From Anaerolineae bacterium (lineage in GTDB: Bacteria; Chloroflexota; Anaerolineae; UBA1429), in NCBI GenBank assembly GCA_963675785.1, contig OY776562.1, positions 1,152,001 to 1,216,000 of the forward strand: a stretch of DNA of 64,000 nt, given 5' to 3'. Of this stretch, positions 56,437-64,000 are shown one piece after another (position 1 is the stretch's first letter; each line of letters begins with the position of its first letter). The notes beneath the pieces were generated by a model. It saw only the letters and a program-made list of their open reading frames with translations, was not told where the DNA came from and did not search any database. A program made the position numbers and the translations under genes.

Positions 56437-59193
56437 ATGAAAGAACGGATTAGCTGGCATATAGCGGCCGTGCTCTTGGCCGCTTTTGTGTGTGCTTCGC
56501 CGCTGGCAGGCTGCAAAGCGCCTGCGCCGGAGGCTACCTCTACGCCACAACCCTCAACAAAGGCAACTGCTACTCCGACGATCGATACCGCAAGCACCGA
56601 AGTTCCTTCGGTATCCAAAGATGACCTGGATGAGATGCTGGACAGTTATGTGCTCAATATTCGTTTTAACATCTCTGACCCGGAGACCGAAGACGTGGCT
56701 CTCGATATTGAGCTTCAGCATCAATCTGAGCCGATGCGTGAATTGATGGATATTGTGGGGGCCAGCGCAGAGGAAGAGCAGCATCTCAAGATCTATAACG
56801 ATGACGATTTGACAGCCATCATGGATCTGACAGCGCAATCGGCTGAATGGGAGGAAGACGAATCGGCTTATTGGATGATTAATACCTATGCGAGCATCGT
56901 CTCAATGACTATCGATCCGATGGTAACCGTTGCCGAACCCGCTTATAAGGGGACAGAAGCCATCGATGGACGTCAGGCTTATCATTATGCACTCGACGAG
57001 GATGCTCTTCGTGCTGCAATGGCCAACGATGACGCCGGCATTGTACTAACCAGCGCCTCATGCGAGCTGTGGGTTGATACTCAATTGGGCGTGGTGCTCA
57101 AGGCTGAATTGCAGGGTGAAGGTAAGGATAATGCAGACGCCGAGTACTTGGTCGACATCGTTTGGGAAGTGAGCGATATCAACACTGACCTTGGTTTGAT
57201 GATGCCAGATATTGCGGAAGCTTTATCGCAAACTGGCGACATCATCCCCTTTCTTTCGGTCGAAGCTGCAAATTCTTTCCAGCTACAGACTTTTGTCACC
57301 CTCACCAATGATGATGACACGCTGTACTATGAAGCCCGATATGATTTTTGCCAAGAGGGGCCGACGCTCGTGCGGATGTTTGATTTCTCATTTGACGAGC
57401 CTGATGGCCTAACCACACTCTCGATCTATGCAGAAGATGATAATGCCTGGATAAGTGTCAATGGCGGAGATTACGCGGTCGCCGATGGGAATTATTCTTA
57501 TGTGTTGGATTATATTAACGGCTGGTGGCTTGTTGTTCCGGCTGGTCTTGTAAGTGATGCTCTAGGTGAGGTGTCGGGTACCGGCAATATCAATGGATTC
57601 GACGCTATGTACTATATAGCGGACACATCGACTATTGCAGAGCATCCAGATATTTCAACTGCCGAATCAGATGGCACGCTGGAGTATTGGATCAGTGATG
57701 ACGCGACCCCATATTTGCTTCAGGTCGTGATGAATGTTGTGGCAACGCCTGCGGTTTTCTCCAAAACCAACACCTTTGAGATTGACTATGAATCCGAGGT
57801 GTTCAATATCGACGAATTGGAGGATATCGAAAGGCCAGCAAATCTCCCCGAGATCGAGACCAGTGCAGAGACATCTTTTGTTGAGACATCATCGAGCCTT
57901 ATGGTGGGAGGCGTTGCTCCTGAAGAGTTCTGGATTGACGATCTGGTGATGCCAGAGGATTTGAACTCATATCGCCTCTATCAGTACATGTTCGACGATA
58001 GTCAAGACTCTAGCCCTGACGTTATCATGGAGAGTATCGAGGAGACGAATTGCCGCGAGGGCGAGCGCCATGTTGCTCTGTGCACCAGGACCGGCAGCAC
58101 GCAATGGGAAGAATACATCCAAACGGCGGATGGAACCTGGTTTTGTGATAATGACGTGTTCGAAACGAGCGACGTAAATATTCTCGATGACGATTCACTG
58201 AGTGACCCCTGGATTGATACAGATTGGGACTTGCTGGCTGATGAGGCGGGAACTCTGGTCGGCGTTGATAAATTTATGGGGCGTGACGCGTGTTGCTATG
58301 CCTGGCAGATCGATGATTTTGGCGATGTTGGCCCGGTCGAAGCTGTGCTGTGGGTGGATGCCTACGAGTGGACACCACTGCTTCTTTCCATTGCTGACAC
58401 TTCAGAGGGTTTGTATTTTCGTTATGAATACAGCTTGACCAATGCCAATGAGACCGTTCGCATTGATACACCAGACGAGCTCCCATCTGCTGATGCGCCC
58501 TACTTTACCAATGACATGAACCTGTATACAACTGTCGATACGGAAAGTACCTGGTTCAAGCTAATCGTCAAGCCCTACGAATTATTGGATACGCACCTGG
58601 GTCCAGATGATTCCACTCAGGATTTGGTATTGACTGTGTATGACAGCGCAGGCAACGAACTTGCTTGGGGCGATGATAGCCCCGAGAACTATATGCCATG
58701 GGTCGTTTATCGCCCCAAGAATGCTGGCATTGTTTTCTTGGAAGTGGAAGTTTATGATCAGGATTCTGCGGGAACCTTTGAACTGAGACAGCGAACATTC
58801 GAGGGCAGTATCCTGCAGGATGCTCCTGAGCTCGAAACGGACAGCGTTGAAGGGGTCATCACTGCGAACGACTATGTCGGAATCGAGTATTATAACGAGG
58901 TTTGTTACGGCCATGCTTGGTATGTATATCTCGATAGAGGGGACACTATTGATATCACCTGCCTCGCTGATATGATGGGTTCTCCACTCGATCCAGGCGT
59001 GCATCTGCTGGATTCTGAAGGTGTGGCCCTGGTCAGCGATGATGACAGCTATGGGGATGGCAGTTCGCTGGATTCTCACCTGGTGTATGAGATTGAAGAG
59101 ACGGGGCGCTACTATATTCTTGTTCAGTCTGTGAACATGCCGCCCTATGGCGATGACTATACGTTCAACTTGATTGTGGATGGAATCAACTGA
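56437..59193 (+). CDS. Large acidic lipoprotein: three LolA/LppX-like repeats plus two PPC-like domains
   Basis: Lipobox LAGC; GTEAIDGRQAYHY, GTGNINGFDAMYY, GVDKFMGRDACCY; LDP...L.D..G......DDD..DS.L......GRYYI. Confidence 0.75.
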   Translation: MKERISWHIAAVLLAAFVCASPLAGCKAPAPEATSTPQPSTKATATPTIDTASTEVPSVSKDDLDEMLDSYVLNIRFNISDPETEDVALDIELQHQSEPMRELMDIVGASAEEEQHLKIYNDDDLTAIMDLTAQSAEWEEDESAYWMINTYASIVSMTIDPMVTVAEPAYKGTEAIDGRQAYHYALDEDALRAAMANDDAGIVLTSASCELWVDTQLGVVLKAELQGEGKDNADAEYLVDIVWEVSDINTDLGLMMPDIAEALSQTGDIIPFLSVEAANSFQLQTFVTLTNDDDTLYYEARYDFCQEGPTLVRMFDFSFDEPDGLTTLSIYAEDDNAWISVNGGDYAVADGNYSYVLDYINGWWLVVPAGLVSDALGEVSGTGNINGFDAMYYIADTSTIAEHPDISTAESDGTLEYWISDDATPYLLQVVMNVVATPAVFSKTNTFEIDYESEVFNIDELEDIERPANLPEIETSAETSFVETSSSLMVGGVAPEEFWIDDLVMPEDLNSYRLYQYMFDDSQDSSPDVIMESIEETNCREGERHVALCTRTGSTQWEEYIQTADGTWFCDNDVFETSDVNILDDDSLSDPWIDTDWDLLADEAGTLVGVDKFMGRDACCYAWQIDDFGDVGPVEAVLWVDAYEWTPLLLSIADTSEGLYFRYEYSLTNANETVRIDTPDELPSADAPYFTNDMNLYTTVDTESTWFKLIVKPYELLDTHLGPDDSTQDLVLTVYDSAGNELAWGDDSPENYMPWVVYRPKNAGIVFLEVEVYDQDSAGTFELRQRTFEGSILQDAPELETDSVEGVITANDYVGIEYYNEVCYGHAWYVYLDRGDTIDITCLADMMGSPLDPGVHLLDSEGVALVSDDDSYGDGSSLDSHLVYEIEETGRYYILVQSVNMPPYGDDYTFNLIVDGIN

Positions 59194-59211
59194 GTAGATA
59201 GGAGAGTTAGC

Positions 59212-59745
59212 ATGGACGTTTTTGAAGCCATTGAAAAAAGATACAGCCACAAGGTGGCCTTTGATCCCCAAAGTGCGCCTTCACGTAAAGAGCTGGAGCA
59301 GATTGTACAGGCGGGCATCGTTGCGCCTTCGGGCATGAATGCTCAGTCTTGCGAATTCATCATCGTTACCGACAAAGAGCAGTTGAAGAAGATCGCCGAG
59401 ATCGTCAAGGGGACTCCCCTCAAAACGGCTCCAGCGATGATTGCCGTTGTGAGCGACACCTCACCGAGGTTTGGGGATATTTCTTTTTACAAAGAGGATT
59501 ATTCAGCGGCCATCGAGAATATGTTACTTGCGGCTATTGCTCTGGGCTACTCGGCTGGTTGGATCGACGCCATCTTTCATGATGATGCCGTACGCCTGCC
59601 AGTAAGCGAGGTGTTGGGTCTGCCTGCGGATCGCCTGCTTACCGTCATCATGCCCATTGGCAAGCCTGGTGAGGCGCCCACACGGCGCGGCAAAAAGCCC
59701 TTTGAGCAGAGGGCCAGCTGGGATCGTTATAGCGTCAAGCGCTGA
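59212..59745 (+). CDS. Nitroreductase family protein
   Basis: AIEKRYS, APSGMNAQ, AIENMLLAA..LG...WI. Confidence 0.92.
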   Translation: MDVFEAIEKRYSHKVAFDPQSAPSRKELEQIVQAGIVAPSGMNAQSCEFIIVTDKEQLKKIAEIVKGTPLKTAPAMIAVVSDTSPRFGDISFYKEDYSAAIENMLLAAIALGYSAGWIDAIFHDDAVRLPVSEVLGLPADRLLTVIMPIGKPGEAPTRRGKKPFEQRASWDRYSVKR

Positions 59746-59768
59746 TTGTAACAATGCAAAATAAGCGA

Positions 59769-59803
59769 ACAGGCCCCAGATATCATTCATCTGGGGCCTG
59801 TTT
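59769..59803. terminator. Intrinsic terminator
   Basis: AACAGGCCCCAGAT-ATCATTC-ATCTGGGGCCTGTT. Confidence 0.8.
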
Positions 59804-59813
59804 TGATCTGGAT

Positions 59814-61022
59814 CTATTCGACCTCTATCCGAACAAAGATACGTTTGCGCCAGATGATGGCCAGGATGATGGTCAAAATGGCGGCCATGAGGGCGCAGGC
59901 GCCATACATGTTGCGTACACCGATGGTATCATACAGGCTGCCAGCAAATGACGTAAGCGCGCTACGGCCGAGCATACTGATCAGCCCTGTCACTAATGCC
60001 TGGGAAGTGGCTTCGAGTCCCTTGGGGGCATAGCGCGCTGCACAATCTACTGCTGCAAGAAAAGCGGGTGGAAAGGTGATCATGGTCAGAATGTTGATGA
60101 TGCCGGCTACCGCTACCGAAGGAGCCAAGGTCCATCCGGCAAAGCGCAGTGCGAAAAAGAACACAGCCAGTACCAGCAGGCGCTCACTTCCCCATTTTTG
60201 AATGCGCCCCGGCAGGATGAAACTCATCATCAGCACGTTTCCCATAGAAGGGATGGCTTGCCACAGGCCGATCATTGCCTCCGAAGCGCCTAGTTCATCC
60301 ATATACAGCGTAAAGTAACTAAAGGCCACTCCCTGCAACCCCATGGTAAAGAAAACACCGATCATCAGCGTAATCCATCCGGGAGCCCGAACAAGTTTCC
60401 CCAGTCCCCGGCCGATGCTGGTTCGTAATACGACATCCTCTGTTTGCAATCGAGTAGATATCAACGCCGCAAGGGCAGCAAAAGCACCGCAGGCAATAAA
60501 GATAAAGCGAATATCCCAGTATGAAAGCAGTAATCCCGTGGCATAGGCAGTGATGCCAAAAGAGAGAGAGCCAAAGGAACGTATGGTGCCATATTTGTGT
60601 TTATCCTGGCCAAGCAAGTCCATGGTTACGCTGTCCATCAGAGGCTGAATAGGGCCACCGATGAGCGATCCCAACGCTGTGAGGAAAATCAGCCAGCCAA
60701 ATTCGCTGGTTGTGCCCAGTAAAAGCGTTGGGATGACAGAGCAGGCCAGTAGCACAGAAAGCAACCGCTTGCGAATACCAAGGCGATCGGCCAGTAGACT
60801 CCAGGCTGGCCCGGCGATAAGAGATAGAATAGGCTGCAAACCGATCAAAAGCCCAATCTCAGCGTTACTTAGCCCTACGCGCCGAAAATAAAGCAGCTGA
60901 TAGGCCCCAGTGAAACCAAAAGAGGCAAACAGTGTGAAATAGAGCAATCTGGCCCAGGTTAAGGATGTTACTTTGTCCAAAAAGGACACATACGCTTTGT
61001 TTGGCTCTTTATCTGCCGTCAT
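59814..61022 (-). CDS. MFS transporter (nucleoside:H+ symporter/LacY-like)
   Basis: About 12 TMs, W..LADR, YG.IR.FGS. Confidence 0.9.
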   Translation of the reverse strand: MTADKEPNKAYVSFLDKVTSLTWARLLYFTLFASFGFTGAYQLLYFRRVGLSNAEIGLLIGLQPILSLIAGPAWSLLADRLGIRKRLLSVLLACSVIPTLLLGTTSEFGWLIFLTALGSLIGGPIQPLMDSVTMDLLGQDKHKYGTIRSFGSLSFGITAYATGLLLSYWDIRFIFIACGAFAALAALISTRLQTEDVVLRTSIGRGLGKLVRAPGWITLMIGVFFTMGLQGVAFSYFTLYMDELGASEAMIGLWQAIPSMGNVLMMSFILPGRIQKWGSERLLVLAVFFFALRFAGWTLAPSVAVAGIINILTMITFPPAFLAAVDCAARYAPKGLEATSQALVTGLISMLGRSALTSFAGSLYDTIGVRNMYGACALMAAILTIILAIIWRKRIFVRIEVE

Positions 61023-61818
61023 CGTCTAGCTCCACGGTCATGCTGTCAAGGGCAAAGCGCGCCCAGGGTGGTAGATTCGGCTCTTCTGTAATAAAGTCGA
61101 TATCGTGAGCCAGGTGCGTGAAAAGGCACCGCCGGGGGGCGATACGCTCGGCATAGGTCAGGCTCTCTTGCAAGGAGAGGTGAGTATGATGCGGCCGATA
61201 ACGCAAGCAATTGAGAATGAGCAAATCCAAGCCCTCTAGCAAAGGGAAGGTACTCTCGGGGATTGCTTTGACATCAGGGATATAGGCCACGTTGCCCACA
61301 CGGTAGCCATGAGCTCCTTTCAAAGAGCCATGAATTACGGGTAAGGGGGTAATCGCGGTTTTACCAATACAGAAGGCACCATCGACTGTATGAGTAAGCA
61401 ATGTAGGAATCCCCCCACCAGCGTCCCCATGGGGCCTAAAGATATAAGAAAAACTTTCGATTAGGGCATCAATCGTTTCTTGAGAACCATATACATCGAT
61501 AGGGCCGCCCTGATGATGACAATAGGAGCGAATATCCGGCAGGCCAAAGATGTGATCAGCGTGAGCATGGGTGAACAACACAGCATCAATGCGACGCACC
61601 TGATTGGCAAACATCTGCTGGCGGAAATCCTGGGAAGTATCGATCAGGAGTGACAATCCCTCCGTCTCGACGAGGATTGAGGAGCGCGTTCGCCGATAGC
61701 GGGGATCACTCTGAGCCTTGAGGCAGACACCATTGGGGCAGCGAACATAGTCCGAAAGCATGCAATCTAGCATGGGTACACCGTGAGATGTGCCAGTTCC
61801 AAGGAACGTGATCCGCAT
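61009..61818 (-). CDS. MBL-fold metallo-hydrolase (PhnP-like)
   Basis: LGTGTSHGVP, THAHADH. Confidence 0.93.
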   Translation of the reverse strand: MRITFLGTGTSHGVPMLDCMLSDYVRCPNGVCLKAQSDPRYRRTRSSILVETEGLSLLIDTSQDFRQQMFANQVRRIDAVLFTHAHADHIFGLPDIRSYCHHQGGPIDVYGSQETIDALIESFSYIFRPHGDAGGGIPTLLTHTVDGAFCIGKTAITPLPVIHGSLKGAHGYRVGNVAYIPDVKAIPESTFPLLEGLDLLILNCLRYRPHHTHLSLQESLTYAERIAPRRCLFTHLAHDIDFITEEPNLPPWARFALDSMTVELDDDGR

Positions 61819-61981
61819 GAATTGCTCACTTTACAGGTTGCAGGATATCGTAGGGGTGATAGTAGACGCAAAGCGTCTTTCGCGCAACAGCACTGTGCTT
61901 GCCGCTCAGGTGATTGCCTTGCCAGCAGGCCAGGCCCGAATTAGTATAAGTTAGGTGACGCTATACACAGGAGGGAATGAC

Positions 61982-62497
61982 GTGGAGTTCGAGGAATTGA
62001 TTCGATCGCGCTACAGCGTCCGCCGGTATACCGACCGCGCTGTGCCCGATGACGTTCTAGAGCGCATCATCGAGGCTTTTGTTCTGGCGCCTACGGCAGC
62101 CAACCGCCAACCTCTAGGTTTGGTAGTGATTAAAACAGCGGGCCGCGAGGACGACCTTCGCCGCATCTACAACTCTGATTGGTTTGCTGCCCAGCCGCCC
62201 TATGTACTGGCTGTGTGTGCAGATAAAGAACAGGCTTGGGTAAGACGCTCTGATCACAAGAGCTTTGCCGATGTGGATGCCGCCATTGCTATGGATCATC
62301 TAGTGCTCGCTGCTGCCAATGAAGGCCTGGGAACTTGCTGGATTGGCGCCTTTGATCCCGAGGCTGCACGGCAGGTATTGGCCTTACCCGATACAGTCGA
62401 GTGTATTACTCTGACACCATTGGGATATCCGGCGGATATAGCAGGTGAGAAACGGCGCAAAAGCCCGGATCAGCTCGTTCATCGTGAGCGCTGGTAG
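61982..62497 (+). CDS. Nitroreductase family protein
   Basis: RYSVRRY, APTAANRQP, GLGTCWIG. Confidence 0.93.
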   Translation: MEFEELIRSRYSVRRYTDRAVPDDVLERIIEAFVLAPTAANRQPLGLVVIKTAGREDDLRRIYNSDWFAAQPPYVLAVCADKEQAWVRRSDHKSFADVDAAIAMDHLVLAAANEGLGTCWIGAFDPEAARQVLALPDTVECITLTPLGYPADIAGEKRRKSPDQLVHRERW

Positions 62498-62499
62498 AC

Positions 62500-62537
62500 A
62501 AAAAGAACCGATGCTGGAGATGTATTCCAGCATCGGT
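62500..62537 (-). terminator. Intrinsic terminator (T-tract on minus strand)
   Basis: ACCGATGCTGGA-7 nt-TCCAGCATCGGT then TCTTTTT on minus strand. Confidence 0.85.
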
Positions 62538-62540
62538 CTT

Positions 62541-62760
62541 GAACAGGAGGCTGCTATCGTCACACTGACTGCACATGTTGCAGATTTCACTGCGCGCCGT
62601 TGGACGTCTGTTTCCTGTGTCTCGCCTACTCAAGGACCACAGACCGCCATGTGATGGATAACTCGCCGCTTGCCATCGCTTGGTCGATTATGCCGCTCTT
62701 GCCAAATCCAACTGTCGCGTTACGTGCCTGCCAAGCGTTCGATCAGTCAGTCCCCTGTAC
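62541..62760 (-). ncRNA. Unclassified ~220-nt multi-helix, pseudoknotted RNA
   Basis: Six 6-8 bp helices including a crossing pair; starts at predicted TSS, ends at terminator; no RBS-led ORF. Confidence 0.7.
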
Positions 62761-62764
62761 TTAT

Positions 62765-62794
62765 ACTATAGCGGAAAATATCATATTATGTCAA
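62765..62794 (-). promoter_or_regulatory. Sigma70 promoter of the candidate ncRNA
   Basis: TTGACA-18 nt-TATAGT on minus strand. Confidence 0.7.
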
Positions 62795-62841
62795 TAGTCA
62801 TAAGCTTTTCTTAACCCTTGCCAATGCTTTGCGACCTCTGA

Positions 62842-63666
62842 CTAGGCTAGATTGGCCACATCCAACCCCTCGTTTTCCAGCATCAGGTTCAATTGCCGGG
62901 CATTCTGAATAGCATAATCTGCAGCGTTATTGTTAAACAACAGATGCAGCTCATCTACGCCCTGCGCAGCCAATTCGTGAATTCGCGGAACCCACTCTCC
63001 TAGCTCCTTGCCGCTGTAGAGATAGTCAAAGCGCTCGCCAGTGGTTTTGACCTTGGCATACCACATCTGAGCATTGCGTCCATGAAAACGAACTAGGGTT
63101 GTTGCAGGATTGGTCACCGCCAATACAGTGGGCACACTGCCCATGCCCAACTGAGGCTCATCCACAATGGTGAGTCCCAATCTGGCCGAGTGCAATTGGC
63201 TCACCAATTCCGGAACATGGTCGCCAACAAGCCAACTGCGATGGCGGAATTCAACCGAGAGTTGGTCGTCGGGAAAAGCTTGACGCAATCCTAGAATGTA
63301 GGACACATTCTCCGGTCGATAAACATACCAGGGCGGGAACTGACAATTGATCACACCCAGCTTGTCAGCTTCTCGTAGTGGTCCGATGCTCTTGGAAAAA
63401 GCGGCCGTATTGGCCGCCTCTGGTGGGTTCTGGCGGTCGTGCCAGGTGATCTGTTTGTAGGGTTTGATATCAAAGACGAACCTGGGTGGCGTGCGTTCTG
63501 CCCACAGTGCATAATTGCGCTCAGGCATCATACGGTAATAGCTGCTATTGATCTCGACCAGGCTAAAATGCTGTGCATAATACCCGATTTGTTGATTCGA
63601 TGGCAGCCCCGGTGGGTAAAAGCCGGTATGGTCGCTCCAACTACAGGTGCCCACATAGATGCGCAT
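62842..63666 (-). CDS. DUF72 domain protein
   Basis: IYVGTCSW, VEINSSYY, QFPP, EFRH.SW, RFHGRN, YLYS..EL. Confidence 0.93.
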   Translation of the reverse strand: MRIYVGTCSWSDHTGFYPPGLPSNQQIGYYAQHFSLVEINSSYYRMMPERNYALWAERTPPRFVFDIKPYKQITWHDRQNPPEAANTAAFSKSIGPLREADKLGVINCQFPPWYVYRPENVSYILGLRQAFPDDQLSVEFRHRSWLVGDHVPELVSQLHSARLGLTIVDEPQLGMGSVPTVLAVTNPATTLVRFHGRNAQMWYAKVKTTGERFDYLYSGKELGEWVPRIHELAAQGVDELHLLFNNNAADYAIQNARQLNLMLENEGLDVANLA

Positions 63667-63668
63667 GG

Positions 63669-64000
63669 CTACGCCTGACCTCCATTTCCTGCAGGCATTT
63701 TCATCTCCTGCAAGAGCTTCCAGCAGCGCAGCAGTGCACGGGGAACGTGAAAGGGGCCTTTCCACATCGAGCCTTTCAGTTGCAGGGCTACCGAACCGTC
63801 GCGATGGAGATAGCCGTACCACTCGCCATATTCTGGATCGGGGAAATGGCCCCAGGCATAGTTGTGGATGCGCTCATACCACATCTCATAAGCCTCATTG
63901 CTAGTGAGTTGGTAAGCTAGCAACAACGCATAGAGAGCCTCTGTGTGGGGCCACCACAGCTTCATATCCCACTCTAGCTGCTCTGGCGGGTAGCCTTTGG
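63669..64000 (-). CDS. AGE family N-acylglucosamine 2-epimerase (3' part only)
   Basis: QLEWDMKLWWPH.E, YGEWYGYL.RDG, KGPFHVPR. Confidence 0.92.
   Translation of the reverse strand, partial: KGYPPEQLEWDMKLWWPHTEALYALLLAYQLTSNEAYEMWYERIHNYAWGHFPDPEYGEWYGYLHRDGSVALQLKGSMWKGPFHVPRALLRCWKLLQEMKMPAGNGGQA

Noticed and set aside
62384-62654. Small ORFs overlapping the candidate ncRNA
   Set aside because: No RBS; they cross the terminator and overlap the nitroreductase gene
1-64000. CRISPR array, rRNA, tRNA, intact IS or prophage
   Set aside because: No regularly spaced repeats, cloverleafs other than tmRNA, transposase or phage structural genes seen; the Cas4-like nuclease has no cas neighbours

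Overview
Gene-dense bacterial chromosomal segment, most likely from Chloroflexota (Anaerolineae-like). This assignment is inferred from the C-terminal 'YLPLVL' motif on a large secreted protein, the RRM, CarD and DarA-like genes, MacAB without TolC, and many acidic lipoproteins. The window holds about 55 CDS covering glycan and sugar scavenging, envelope and signalling proteins, a split helicase-helicase-nuclease cluster and a Xer-like recombinase. It also holds smpB, tmRNA, a ~1.9 kb AT-rich Clostridia-like mobile-element relic and a flavodoxin pseudogene. No CRISPR array, rRNA or tRNA was seen. The most notable signals lie outside ORFs. Two free-standing structured RNAs each have a near-consensus sigma70 promoter and an intrinsic terminator: 5683-5826 (+, rod-like) and 62541-62760 (-, multi-helix with a long pseudoknot). 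A dif-like 11-6-11 site has as its spacer the -10 box of the recombinase promoter. Several intact ORFs have lost catalytic residues (subtilase, GT2, kinase, helicase). All calls come from motif reading by eye; no database search or folding program was run.
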